A DNA stretch of 64,000 nucleotides from Amoebophrya sp. A120 (taxonomy: Eukaryota; Protista; Dinoflagellata): contig CAJINV010000001.1 of the NCBI GenBank assembly GCA_905178155.1, forward strand, positions 3,153,675-3,217,674. The letters are read 5' to 3'. This document shows positions 24,389-36,793 of this stretch, in pieces; the first letter of the stretch is position 1, and every line of letters begins with the position of its first letter. Position numbers and translations under genes: made by a program. The notes below the pieces were generated by a model. The model had not been told where the DNA came from. It searched no databases and saw only the letters and a program-made list of their open reading frames with translations.

Positions 24389-26164
24389 CTATTTGGCGGA
24401 GGACCACATGTACGCGATAAACATTCCGAGGAAAATGAGAAACAATGTGAACCCGACACCCATGAAAAATCCGCAGATCATGCCCACGGTGCCGGGAATT
24501 TTCTCGCAGGCACGTTGGAACTCAATATCGGCCTCCTTTTTCGTTTTCCGAGCCTTTCCTACTTCGTCGGATGAGCTGCTGTCTGACTCAGTGTCGGTCT
24601 CTGTATCACTATCACTTTCGTCGCTGTCGTCAGACGCAATCGTGGTCGGAGTAGCACTGTTGCGGGAGGGGGTCACGGTCGTGCTGTCGCAGGAAGTAGA
24701 CGAGCTTTTGCCGCCTCTTTTGCTGGGCGGAGTAGCGAGAACAACAGGAGATTTTTTCGACGATTCGCTCGCCGGTGCACCATTCGTGTTCTTGTTCGAC
24801 GTCGACGCGGAAGATCGAACAGGAGTAGAAGTGGAAGACGCCACAGTCACAGCAACAGGAGTGGTGGCACTACTTGCAACCGGTTCAACTCCAGCATTTT
24901 TGGGCGGCTCCTGCGTAATCTTTTTTCCCAGCAACTTCTCGAGGTGGTTCATGTAGGCAAAAGAGGTCGAGTGTCGCTTCTCATCCATTACGTCCTTTAT
25001 TTTTTGAGACAGGGCTTCTAACATTTTCTTTTTGACGAGGATTGCCGTGACCGCCGTGCGGCCCCACGCAGCATCTGCTTCTTTCGTCGAGTTAACGCTC
25101 TCGCTGTTCACGATCTCCTTTGCAGGGAACGCAAAGCGAAACCGCAAGTCGTCAAGAAACGCTTTCAGCGCCTCCAACCTTAACTGCTTGATACGAGAAC
25201 TAAATGGCTTGTCTACTTCCGATTCGTAAACAACAATGTTCGTGCTGTAACTACTTGCTCGATAGGTTTCGACAATTTCAACGCAGTTCGTTGTGTCTTT
25301 GAACATCACATCCAAGCGACGCTTGATCTCATCCCATGCCGGATATTCAGCGATTGCTGCGCCATTGTTGGGCAGTTTCGCCCACAATTGTTCCAGAAGA
25401 TTTCTCATCCCGACCAACAAATCGCCAATGACGCCGTTGAGTATGTCGTCCTCACTTCCGCTGTTCGTGACACTCGAACTGGCTCCAGTTGTGCAGGGTG
25501 TTGTACTGGGCGGTAAGTTTTGACTCAGATTACTGGCAGATGCAGAGCCCACGGCATTCTGTGAACTGCTGGCCGGCGCCGCGGTCGAAGACGATTTTGG
25601 CAGAGTGATCTTCTTTTTGAGTAAACGCTCGAGGTAGTTCAAATAATCCAGCCGCTGCACGTAGCTTCCGTCATCTAGCACGCTCTTCAGGGTATTCACG
25701 CAGTTTTGCACCTCATCTTTTTTCGTCAATAGCTCTGTAATGGCCACGTTCTCCCACTTGCGAATGCCCAGATCCTTCAGTTGATCCTTCTCCTCCTCAC
25801 TGATGAACGATTCCAAAGCATACGCAGCTCTGCGCGCCTGCGTGGCAAACTTTTGTAGCGCCTGCAGCTTCAAATCGAGCACCCTTCGATCCACGGCTTC
25901 CAAATTTTTACTACGCCCTAGGCACTTGCTTCGAAATTTTTCGAACGTGCTGGCTGCGCGATTGCACGCGTGATACACTTTGTCTGCGCTTTGCAGTACC
26001 ACGTTCCATGGAGGGTTATGGAAGACCCTGAACTGACGAAAATTGACTTTCCGGTGAAGGACTCGGAAAAGCGCATCCACGTCTCCAAACGGAACGACTA
26101 GGACTTTGCCGAGGGAAGCACCATTGTCCGCTATCGAGGGGGGCTCGATATCCGGCTCCTGCAT
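24389..26164 (-). CDS. Hypothetical tail-anchored protein with two copies of a helical domain
   Basis: 591-aa ORF starting MQEPDIEP; internal repeat (YLNYLERLLKKKIT / YMNHLEKLLGKKIT); terminal TM. Confidence 0.8.
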   Translation of the reverse strand: MQEPDIEPPSIADNGASLGKVLVVPFGDVDALFRVLHRKVNFRQFRVFHNPPWNVVLQSADKVYHACNRAASTFEKFRSKCLGRSKNLEAVDRRVLDLKLQALQKFATQARRAAYALESFISEEEKDQLKDLGIRKWENVAITELLTKKDEVQNCVNTLKSVLDDGSYVQRLDYLNYLERLLKKKITLPKSSSTAAPASSSQNAVGSASASNLSQNLPPSTTPCTTGASSSVTNSGSEDDILNGVIGDLLVGMRNLLEQLWAKLPNNGAAIAEYPAWDEIKRRLDVMFKDTTNCVEIVETYRASSYSTNIVVYESEVDKPFSSRIKQLRLEALKAFLDDLRFRFAFPAKEIVNSESVNSTKEADAAWGRTAVTAILVKKKMLEALSQKIKDVMDEKRHSTSFAYMNHLEKLLGKKITQEPPKNAGVEPVASSATTPVAVTVASSTSTPVRSSASTSNKNTNGAPASESSKKSPVVLATPPSKRGGKSSSTSCDSTTVTPSRNSATPTTIASDDSDESDSDTETDTESDSSSSDEVGKARKTKKEADIEFQRACEKIPGTVGMICGFFMGVGFTLFLIFLGMFIAYMWSSAK

Positions 26165-26829
26165 TTTTGAATTTATCTGCTAGTGCCTCGTTCGAGGATG
26201 CCCTGAGTGCTTTCTCTAGCCCTAGAAAATCGCTCACTAAGTAGAGCAACTGATTCAAAAACTCACTTGAATCTATCTTCAGTGATCTGTTTACGCTCTC
26301 CTTCCGTAGAGCTAGAGACTCGGGGCGATCGTGGTCCCGGTGATCCGTGTCAAAAACAACAAAACCTGACCGACTATCGTGGAGTTTGAGAGCATCAACA
26401 GATCTTGATCAATCACAAGCACACGGCAGCGATTAAAAAGGGAAAAACTCGAGCAGAGGCAGAGACACAAAAACGAAATTCAATACGCAAAAAAGATCAA
26501 AATTCGCGCAGCAAACCGGGAAAAGCTGATCGTGCAGCGGCAGACGTTGCTTCTTCTTCCTGTCGCCAGACTATTGTAAAGCGCGCTTCATACCCAATCC
26601 CGTCCGACAAGACGACGTATCATACATCACTTGACTCCGTGTTGTTTATGCGTTCACTGGCGGATCACTCATTTGCACTCGTCTTTGACTTTACTTTCTT
26701 GCTCCCTCGCACGAAGATGTTGCAGCTCTTCATTTTCACGAGTTCTTCTTGGATGCTGCAAGTTGTTCCCTTTGTGCCTTCTTCAGTACCCGTTCGCGCT
26801 TGCGCCTGTTTTTTTTTTTTGTCAGTGAC

Positions 26830-27921
26830 CTAGTGCACAATTGATTTCTTCGCACGCTTGTACAAATTTGCATTTGCGAAATTCATCTGCGAGAAACAGA
26901 TACAGAAACGCATGTGGAGAAAAGACATACAGTACTCAGCCGAGCTGGTCGCTGGTCTCGTGGTTGGTGACCTGCCTCTTGTCCTCTGCTTCACTTCGGT
27001 CGCGGCCATCACTGCCTCCCCCGCTGTCAAGAACAATTTCGGCAATCGCAGCAGTACTGGCAACAGTGCGCAGAACACCAACAGCCCGAACGTCGCCTGC
27101 GCCGCCGGGTCCTCGTAGATTGCCTTGATGAAGAGAGCCTGCACAAACTCCGAGGTGTTCGTCTCTACCGTCACCTCCGACAACGTTTGTCGCAGCATCC
27201 GGCCCGTCATGGGGTAGAGGAGCGCGCCCGGGACGGTCGAGAACGCGGTGAGGAGTGTGAAATAGGAAAAGGAGATGCCCATGGCTGCTTGGCTGGCGTT
27301 GACGAACCAGAAGGGGAAAAACGCGATGTAGCGGATGAAAATAAGCGAGGCGACCGTGTCGATTATGTTGTCCGCGTTTTTGATTTCCCTTTCCATCTTC
27401 TTAAACATGGTGGAACTCGTATCCAAAAAGCTGTGCACGCTGTCCCCAAGGATCAAACGCCAGGAAATGAAGGAAATCATCGCGCCCAGCATGTAGCCCG
27501 TGTAGGCAATGGCGGAGGCGAGCGGTTGCGGGAAGAACAAGCCGGCGCACGTCGCGAGAAAGGTCGCACCAGGCAGGTTGAATCCGACGCACGCGGATTG
27601 GAAGCCGACATACGCGATGGGACCGAGAATCGGGTTTCTCGTTATCATGCCCTCGATCTTCTCCTTGCTGTTCTTCAGTGCGTGAAGTGAAAGTGCGTCG
27701 CCATACCTGACGTACACGAAGGCGGCGAGAGCGAATAACGCGAGGAAACCGAGAAAGCGAAGGAAGAGAGTGAGCTTACTCGATTTTCTCTTGTAGTTCG
27801 CTGGCTCTTTTATCGACCCTTTTGACGCGGTGCGGGAGCTGGTGCTTCTGCTTTTATCCCGTTTGATGGAGGAGGAGCTGGCGCTGCGCTCCATCGTGGT
27901 CCTCGTCTTCGGGGACTTCAT
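26830..27921 (-). CDS. DedA/VTT (TMEM41/TVP38-like, SNARE-associated) membrane protein
   Basis: LPGATFLATCAGLFF, GAMISF, FIRYIAFFPFWFVN, multiple TM helices. The true 3' end may be spliced differently. Confidence 0.85.
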   Translation of the reverse strand: MKSPKTRTTMERSASSSSIKRDKSRSTSSRTASKGSIKEPANYKRKSSKLTLFLRFLGFLALFALAAFVYVRYGDALSLHALKNSKEKIEGMITRNPILGPIAYVGFQSACVGFNLPGATFLATCAGLFFPQPLASAIAYTGYMLGAMISFISWRLILGDSVHSFLDTSSTMFKKMEREIKNADNIIDTVASLIFIRYIAFFPFWFVNASQAAMGISFSYFTLLTAFSTVPGALLYPMTGRMLRQTLSEVTVETNTSEFVQALFIKAIYEDPAAQATFGLLVFCALLPVLLRLPKLFLTAGEAVMAATEVKQRTRGRSPTTRPATSSAEYCMSFLHMRFCICFSQMNFANANLYKRAKKSIVH

Positions 27922-28556
27922 CTTCTTGCCGCTCCTCCCGTTGCTATGATATTGCGGTGGACTTGTTCTCAATAAGACGATTCATTGTGCGAAAGATCAA
28001 TGGATCTAGAGCGGCAAATCCTGCTGCTGCTTCTTTTTCCGTATCAATAGACCATGTGATCATCCAATTTGCGATCCAACGATCTGGTAAATAGTTCATG
28101 GTGCCCGCCATATGTTTCGAGATCAAACACGAGGCCGCGGAACAGAGACGACGATGAACAAAAATCCAAAAAAGTAGAACACAAAGGAACCGGTGGAGCA
28201 GAGAAGAAAACCGATCCCTTGCGCCAGCGTCTTACGACTTCACGTTTCATGGCAATATCTTGTTGTGTACATTCAGCTGCTTCGATACGGTTTCGATCAA
28301 ATTGCGCGTACATTTTGCTGTGAATTCGAAAATTGTTGCTGTGTGCCGTCCTGCGTGCTGCACCAACAGATTTGAAACAAAATGATGTACTTACGTGTAA
28401 ATGGAGATGTATCTGTGAAACGAAAAGGAAAACCTGTCGTGTTTTGCTTACGGGTTTTTGTTTGGGGAGTAGAAGCGAAGTCAGCAGCGCATTCCGCCAC
28501 CGGTTCTCAACAATGATCATACAAATTCAAATTGTGCTCTACCTGTTCTACCTCCC

Positions 28557-31500
28557 TCACTCCACCGTTTTTTTCTTTTTCTTTTTCCCGCCCGTCATTT
28601 TTGTGTACGTCGAAGGCTCACTCTGCTCATCCCCCGCCGCGGACCCCGGTCCACCCGAAAGCGACTGCTGCGACGGGGACCGCGGGCTGGCCGTCGAGTT
28701 GTTTTTCGGCGACATGCCCAGCGGCAAGTTCGCGTCGGACACTTTCAACCGCTTTTCGCCGCCGCCCATGTAGTCCAGCGTGCGGTCGTCGACGATGATG
28801 TAGATCTTGCCCTCCAGCTCCGCCAGCCGTTTCCTGATGGCGATGCAGATCTCCTTGCAAGTCACCAACAGCTGTTCGTTGCTGTGCATGCGGTTTTCGA
28901 ACCGGTTCGCCTCTGTGAACTGTTCGAACGCGATCTTGTCGACGGAATTGTGTACAAAGTTCTCCAGATTCACACTGGCTTTGTATTGCAGTAATAGATC
29001 CACCATCTTCTTGTCCACCTTCCGGCACGCGATCATCAGCGGCGTGTCGCCCATGTCCGGGTCCCGCCCGTCCACCTCCGCGCGGCGGTCGAGCAGGAGT
29101 TTGACCGCCTTCACATCTTGCGACTTCACCGCGTCGAGCAGACAGTTGATCGGCGGCACCATGCCGATGCTGTCCACAAACATCCTGGTGGAGATGCGGC
29201 ACCCGATCTTGCAGGCGAGTTGGAAGAGATGGATGTTGGTGCTGACCCGCGGCTCGGACTTCAGAAATTTCACAACCCGGTACCGCTTGTTCTTCACGGC
29301 GTACCAGATCGCGTCGTGACCTAATTCGTCCGTGTCGAGTGTGATGACCGGGTGAATTAAGCCCGGGGTTTTGTTCAACTCTTGCGACGTCCGGAACATG
29401 GAGGAGGTGGACGTGGTGTGCTTCGACTTGCTGTTACTAGAGGACTTACTGTTGCTGGAGTCGATGCTGCCGCTGGTTCGGTTCATCTTAGACGTGTTAA
29501 TGGTCGTCTGCGGACCTGTTGTACCGAGCGTCTGCGCGCCAGTTGGCGGTGCGGCCGTGGACCCGGTCTTCTGCCATGTTTTATTTTCTCCGCCAAAACC
29601 GCCGATAACGGGTAGTCCCGGCATTGGACTCGCGTTAGTACTTCCGCCACCCGCCGGGGACCGACCGCCGACCGGAGAGGACCCAACGGTGTTGGGCGAC
29701 CGCGCGCCGGGCCTCGCGGGCGTATTCCCCCCGCCGCTCGCCGAGCCGCTTTTCGGGCTGTTGGTGCTGGACCGGTGAAGTGCTGGGCTGTTTCCCCCGC
29801 CGGAGGAGGATCCCTCTTCGCGGCTCTTCGCGAACGCCTGGGCCCGGGCCGTGTTCGGCGCGGGGGTCTTGATCGCCTTGCCCGGGTACTCGCCCATGGC
29901 CTTCATGGAATAGAGCGGCGCCGCGCGTCGTTTCTTCTTCTTTTTCTTTTTCGTCACGTATCCCACAGAAAAAAGCTGGCAGGGCATATTTGTATTGCAA
30001 AAATAAACACAGAAAAATCTGTCATGGGCGACATCGTAGCATGCTATTTCGGGTATGCAATTATTTATTTTTGCATTACAAATACGACCTGCCAGTTTTT
30101 TTCTGTGTGATATCACTTTCACCACCGTGTCGACCACGACCTCCTCCACAAAATCGCCGAAAATCTCGTTCTCGTCGCCGAACATACCGAGTTTCAAGGT
30201 TTTATTCCAGTGATGGGGGCCCCCATCCACCTCTTTCTGGAACCCGGTCACGGAGTTGGTCTTTATGGTCGGGTTGTATGCCGTCGCGTCCACAATGTTC
30301 TGCGGCTCCCACGCTAGGTGGAGCATCTCCGCCCGGCCGCGCAGTTCCGGCTTCAGCTGCACGCCCTCGGTATCAACTGTAAAAATGTCTGGGTCTGGAA
30401 GAATCCAACTTGTCATGCTGATTTTGGATTCTAAAAAAATCTGTATTGCATGAGCAGCAAAGAGAGTCCAATTTGTGCTACACGGAAAGAGCATTTGTCA
30501 TGCGGTCTAGGCATCAGAAAGCCCTCACAAAATCTGTGATGCTAAGGCATGCATCACAGACATCAGGAGTCGTGCAAAATGTGCATGACAAACCCGGTAA
30601 TCTTCCAGACCCAGACATTTTTACATTTGATACTCGGGGAGTTGGGGTCGGGGGTCGGGCGTGTAGAGCACGAGGTCTGGGTTGTCCGGAACCGGTATGG
30701 TGCTCTCAAACGTTACATTCTCAACTGTTACATGATTTGTCATGCAAAATGGCCATAATTCTCCAGACGATCAAGCTGCTTTGCATCACAAATTCTCGGA
30801 AGGCTAAATAGTACTGTATTCCGGATCAAACCTGTAATGCAAGACGCGCAAGGTCCTCCCTCTCACCTATGCTAGTCTTGCATCACAAATTCATGTAACA
30901 GTTGAGAATGTAACGTTTGAGAACGCCATAACCGGCCCGTACATTCTCGGGGGTGGCGGTTCTGGCGGCCGCTCCTCCGGGGCATTTTTCCACTTCATCG
31001 AGGTTGCGGCTTTTAGTTCCAGCTGTTGTTTTTGGGATAATCATGTGCGATTCGCTAGGGGTAGCAGGAAATGAAAGCTGTACTAGATCACCACGAACCC
31101 TCCAGTGTCGCAGGCATCTTCTGCTTTGCACGAAGGAAAAAAAGAATGATTGAAAACCAAACGAAAAAAAAAACCAAATCAAGTTAGTACCCTCTGCTTC
31201 TGCCTGGCCTTCTCTTCGTCTTTGACCTTTGCGATCGTCTGCGAGTACCTGGGCGAGGAAAACCCCGCGGCTACCGCCTCCGCGGCGTCGACCGCCCGCA
31301 CGCCGTGTTTCTGCATCTCGGCGGCGCGCGTTTCCAAAACGGGCGTCTGGAAGTCGTACCGGAACCCCCCGGGTGCTTCCGGGTACATCCAGGGGAAGGA
31401 GTGGAAATCGTACACGATGTCCTTGTTTTGGTTCTCCAAAACCAGCGACTCATTCAGCCACCCGCCGTTGATTTCCGCCTGGCGCTGCAGCAACACGCAG

Positions 31501-31814
31501 GCAATTTTCAACGAATTCGACTCCAAGGCGTACATCAAACAGGTCTGGCCGTACTTGTCGCGACTCTTGAAGCACATCCGCGGCGCGTGGTCGAGGAGGA
31601 AGAGGAAGAGGTCCAGGCACCGGTCTTGGTACCGCTTCGCGGCGAGATGGGCCAAATTCATGTCCCGAATGGGCTCGGTGTGGTACAGAAAACTGATCCC
31701 CTTCTCCACGACATATTGCTGTAACGCGTGGACGACCCATTCGGTGCCGATGCCCTGTTCGATGTCTCGGACGAGTCGGGTCCATTCCGACGGCGGACCA
31801 CCGAGGGAAAGCAT
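28557..31814 (-). CDS. Ankyrin-repeat protein (N- and C-terminal ANK clusters); 1 canonical intron and 3 introners
   Basis: GQTCLMYA, GDTPLMIAC, GHDAIWYAV motifs. GT-AG intron 31023-31190 plus introner removal gives KQR-LELKAATSMKWK...MYGPV-PDNPDL...QLPE-GVQLK...VVKV-TKKK in one frame. Confidence 0.8.
29959..30112. mobile_element. Introner (154 bp, about 49-bp TIRs, DR TCACG/TCACT), in frame and stop-free
   Basis: TATCCCACAGAAAAAAGCTGGCAGG.../...CCTGCCAGTTTTTTTCTGTGTGATA; element plus DR = 159 nt. Confidence 0.9.
30371..30632. mobile_element. Introner family A (262 bp, 32-bp TIRs, DR CTCGG)
   Basis: TATCAACTGTAAAAATGTCTGGGTCTGGAAGA / TCTTCCAGACCCAGACATTTTTACATTTGATA; CTCGG at 30366-30370 and 30633-30637. 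Confidence 0.95.
30696..30930. mobile_element. Introner family B (235 bp, 40-bp TIRs, DR ACCGG)
   Basis: Same TIR as 7481-7717; ACCGG at 30691-30695 and 30931-30935. Confidence 0.95.
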
Positions 31815-32805
31815 GGAGGAGCGTCCAGCGGAAGGGAGCTGCGGCAGTAGAAATTACGCTATCTGCCTCATTTGCTGTTTCTTCAGACTCATATAGGAAT
31901 GAGGGGGCATCAACGTGCAGTCTTGAATTCAGAAAAAAACGAAATCATATATATTATCAATCAGATACGCATTGGCGATGCATTTTTTTCGCAAAAAAAA
32001 CCTAGAGCACTATACAGTGCACTTTCGTGAAAATGGTGTATGTGGTTACATGGTGCAGCGGGTTTGGATGCGGAACCAAGTTTGGCATCTTCATGTTATT
32101 ATCCCTACTACCAGGGTTAGACGTTAGAGGAAGAAATTTCGGCTGCAGAATTTGAACTGAACCAAGGTAAGAAGTTCCCCCGGTAGCATAAAACTATCCC
32201 ACTCGTCAGGACTGGTGAAGGAAAAGTATACACGAATCCAGCATAACGACCCGGTGCGAAGCTTGTTTCAAGAATAACGACATTGAGACCCCTACGCAGC
32301 GCCACGATGATAAGTAATCTGCTTCGAGTTCGACAGGTAAAAACATGCCATTACTTCCTTTCGACGCGATACTCTTAGAATCACCCACAAGCACGGTTCC
32401 CTTTAGCTCTTCTTCTCTCATTCTCATCTTATACGACTATTTCACTCTTCTCTCAGTGTGAGTTTTTAAACACGAGACCAAAAAATAAAAGAGTTCTCGG
32501 CTGCCAGATAGAAGTAGGAGAACAATGTTGTAGCCATAAATGACCAACAAAACCCAGAAAGGAGGGTTTGCGCTGAAAGGAAGTGTCTTCATTCTTGTGC
32601 GCAATCGCCAATAACAACAGCTATTCGAATTTCATCGTGCTTAATCAAATGGGAATGAGGAGTGCAAAACCTGCACTCAAGAAATAAGTAAGTAGTCGAT
32701 AACCTTCAGGCCACGAAATAGTTCTACTGGAGTGCGCGCAAGTGGAATCCTCATCATCTCTTTACAGTTTGTGGATAGGATTGAAGACGTAGTTGATTCA
32801 TTTAT

Positions 32806-35470
32806 TTACAAGTGAGAGTAATCATATTCAATGACAAATTCCGGATAAGCATGCGCTTTGTCAAAAATAACAAATTCCTGGTGCGCCTGCTGATGTGCTG
32901 AGAAACTCCCGTTGTTCTTGGGCCCCGGGTTCGCGATGATGGAATCAAACGGCTCCTGGCTCGCAATGTTTGTCCGCTTAGGGGGCAGCTTTCGCTCGCA
33001 GCAAGTTTTCTCGGTATAGTGCGCGTCACCAATCAGGACCCGCGCTACGATGATGTAAGAGCGCCGCTCCGGCGGACGACGACAATTTCCGTTTCCGGTA
33101 TACTGCATGCTCTTGCACACATTGCTTGCGAAGTACGTGCCTTGTCCGTACAGTCCTCCCGCCTTTGCCTCCCGAAAGTCAAAGCCGTTCTGTAAGATGT
33201 GCTTGAGCCCCTCAGCGCCTGTTCCATGAAACAAGTACATCTCATTCAGATCCCGCTCGAGCTCCATCTGGTGGCTTCCGAGAAGTTGTTTCACACAGTC
33301 CTCCACGGCCGCAGGTATGGCGGGAGATACCAGTGGAGGCTTGATTCCAAGCCTCTTGTGCTCCCGGTGCAGGGTCCGACGGGCTTGTTGGTACTTCTGG
33401 AACAGCGGGTAGTTTTCGACCTGGAAAGCTTTCAACGTCGCAGCTGCGTTCTTCAGTTGAAGCTGGCGGCCAACACGAACTTTATCGATTCCGATTCCCA
33501 TAAAAGGGCATGTGCTGCCACAATGTGTCCCGAATAACGTGCTGGCAAGAGATTCCAGCGTTTGTCGCTTCACGTTCAGGGGAATCTTTACCGCAGGCAA
33601 ATCAGTTTTCGTCCTGCTTCCAGGCTCCAGCAAATCCCGCGTCCAATGCTGTGGTCGGTCAACTCGAACCTGGATGCGGCGTACTTTGTTGGTATGCAGA
33701 TTTGTCTGCGTCATCCCAACAAAATCGAACTCGTACGAAAAATTTCCTATCCGCAGCTGGCAGTGCTCTGACTTCCGCGAAGATGTATTTTTTCCGCTTG
33801 ACTTCCTCGCGAGATCGGTCTGAAACGTCTCGTAGTGGGTGTCCAGCTGGTGACAGACCTCGGGGTTCATGCGCTCCCACTCGTTCCCATTCTGCCATGT
33901 CCAAACCATGTGGTCCCCTCCAGCGGCCTTTGCCGCGATTTCTTTCTGGCTTTTCTCGAGTCGTTTTGTTTCTGCTCTGAGCTCCTCAATCCTATGCTGC
34001 TCCGCGACAAGATTCTTTTTTGCTTCCGCAAGTTGCTCTTGCTCTTGCTGCAACTTCGCGTGCAGTTCTTCTCTTTCTTGATCGATGCGCTCCTTCTCGT
34101 CCGCGACTCGGTCACGACAATCCTGCAGCTTTTTAACTTGGTACTCCATCGCAGTTTTTTCATTCAACAGCTGTGTATTTTCTGCTTGGGACTTCTCCAT
34201 CTGCACCTTCATACCATCCAAATCTGCCACCAGCGCTTCTTTTTGCCGTGCCGCCTCTTGAATCTGTTGCTTCATCGCTTCGACCTCCTCCATGATGACG
34301 CGATTTTCATTTTGCTTCTCGGCCAGCAAGCGACGGGTCTCTTCTTCCTGCTCTTCTGTCTTCGCAAGGGCGCCTTCTAAGGCATCGTTCTGCTGTTGCA
34401 AAGCTTTTTTGTCTTGCTTCAGATTGTGGATGAAGCGGGTCGTGCACTGCTTCTGGTCGGGTGGTGGCTGCTTGTCTGCTTTTTGCAACACTTTGAATAG
34501 ACTCTCCGCCCCCGCCATCGAGCGCGGGCCCACGATGACCGTGCTGTTCTCGATGCTGGTCCCTTTCGAATACGAATGGTTGATTTTCAAGCTCGGAAAG
34601 ACCTTGTCCTTGACGAGACCGCCAATCTCCGAGTCCCAGTACGGTTCGTAGTAGATCGCCCCGATAGCTGTCTCTTTTCCACACGCGTCACGACAGGAAG
34701 CGCAGAAGGCTTGGTGGAAATTGCAGATTATGTCCTCCGCTCTGTTCGACTTACACTCGTTCACCCGAAAGGGTTTGTTCTTCGGAACGTAGACCGGACA
34801 CGTCGCCTCGTCGAGGTCCAGGTGAGAGGACCAGATCGCCATGTCCTTCAGTTGGTGAATTTGCCGCCCACGTAGCAGCACGCCTCCGCACTCGAAACAG
34901 GCAAACGCCAACACGCCGTGGTTGCTCCCGGGAACCGTGTTCGGAAATTGTAGCTGGTTCGGGCCGACTTGCCACAACGGTGACCAACTTGCAGGCTCTT
35001 GTTGCACTAGGTAGCTGTGATGCTGACTGCGACAAAAAAGCGGCAGGATCGGAGCTGCGTGGGAGCTTGAATTGCGTGGGAGCGCTGCTAGATAGCTCTT
35101 TTCTACCGCAGCTTCTCTGCCTTTGCAGCGCCGATGCGGAAACTTGACCACCTGATCTGCGTTGTGAAACGGAAGAGCATGCTGCTTGCTTTTTGAATTT
35201 CTGCAACTCCTGGCTGCACAATTTCAGCGTGGGCGTCTCCGTCTCACCTGTTTTCTCCTCTGCCTCTTCTATAGCGTGCAGTGCATTTAGGTCCTCTTCG
35301 TCAGCGTCTTCGTCGACTCGCCACTCGTCGTCCTCAAGATCTCCGCCCGGACAACTGTCGACATCATATTCATCCCACCGCACCTCGGTCTTGTTTCGAT
35401 TGGTGCCCTTCTGTCGGCTGTACGGACGAGCGTCGTCGTGCTCCCCGTTTTCGTCGCTAGCGTAACCCAT
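32806..35470 (-). CDS. PARP-family ADP-ribosyltransferase with WWE domain, coiled coil and N-terminal CxxC...CxxC (yippee-like) domain
   Basis: YLFHGT, GLYGQGTYFA, SMQY, VARVLIG, QEFVIF..AYPEFVIEY; WWE WTWQNGNEWERM...YEFDFVGMTQTNLHTNKVRRIQ. The acidic first exon (ATG 35470) needs an intron whose ends are uncertain. Confidence 0.85.
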
Positions 35471-35490
35471 TTTTTGTGCCGCGAAATCTC

Positions 35491-35920
35491 CGGGTGTGTA
35501 AGTTTTGCACTGTCGCAAGGAAACGCAATGCGAGCTAAGAGAAGATCGTGCTTTGCTAGAACTTGACGTGTTGGCTCGGGACGAAATTTTTCGGCTCACA
35601 AATGCTCGCTGGCGTTCGAAATCAGCTCCAAAACATAGATTTTGATTTTTCACTCTTGAAGTCTATTTCAGATCTACAGTCTAGCTCCTGAGCAGTGCAT
35701 TCATACAATTTCCTTGTCTTCATTGTTCAAAAAAATCCCAGTGACAATATTACTGCGCAGCGTCCTTCCAGAAAAAACAGATCGAGCTGTGCTCCTCTGA
35801 CACTGAGTCATCGACAACACAAGCAAAAAAGATCTGTGAGAGGATATAATCCACGGATCGCGTTCGTGACACCACAATTGAGGTCGAGCAGACACTTCCT
35901 TGGAATTCGGAAGATAGGGC
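35491..35920. repeat. Non-coding upstream block, copy 1 (paralogous to 38322-38710)
   Basis: Shared colinear blocks, e.g. AGATCGTGCTTTGCTA, TTACTGCGCAGCGTCCTTCCAGAAAAAACAGATCGAGCTGTG, CATCGACAACACAAGCAAAAAAGATCTGT. Confidence 0.9.
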
Positions 35921-36793
35921 TCAATAACTACAGAAGCAATTAATTTGTGTCTACTTAGCTGTTTTCCTCCACTTGCGCACCCGGACGCAAGAACTCATTG
36001 AACACTGGCGATCGCAAATCAGCAGACCCCGATCTGCCGAATGCTAGGAAAAGGTTTTAGTATCTATTTTTAGTTCGGTTCCGTCACAACTGCTTTCTGT
36101 CCTCCTTGCAGTCATTCCAAGAAATCGCCCGGGGAAAACGGCTTCCCATAGGCATCTTGATCTTCTGTGGAAATAGTCTGCGACATAACTCTTCTGAAAA
36201 TCTTTCTCAAAAAGCGCCAGCGGCAATCTATCATGTGTGATTTGCTGTAAACCAAGCAAGTCTCCGAATCGTCTCTTCGCGTATAATCATTGACTTAGTT
36301 GTAAGTAGGAGAGTGCGTCTGCGTGTCTGTCTACCTTTACGCTAAAACTATTCCACATTATTTGATTGTATCAACATGCGGGCGGTGATTCTCTACGCCA
36401 ATCACTGCATTTCAACATTTTTCTAGTCAAAAATCTGGACTTCTATAGGATTTTAAATGGCGGGTTGGCGTATTAAAGGCATTTCGATAGAGCGAATGCG
36501 CCTGCTGTAAAGACCACATGGTTCTGGATTATACTTGTTCAAAAAGTCCACGACGATTGTCGTTGTGGTAGTGTGCGTACGATAATTCTCGTTTGCGATT
36601 GCTTGTGCTCTGTTTCGATTGTGGTGCTCACGGTACTAGCCTGCCTCCCCGTAGTACAACCTTTGATGAACTCAAGTAGACATCGCAACTTATTTCTCGG
36701 TAGTTTTTCGACAATTTATTTCAACAGTTTCTTCCCTGTTCTTCTGCTACTCGAGGAAAACAGCGTGAGCGTCCACCTTTCAACATCAGTAAG

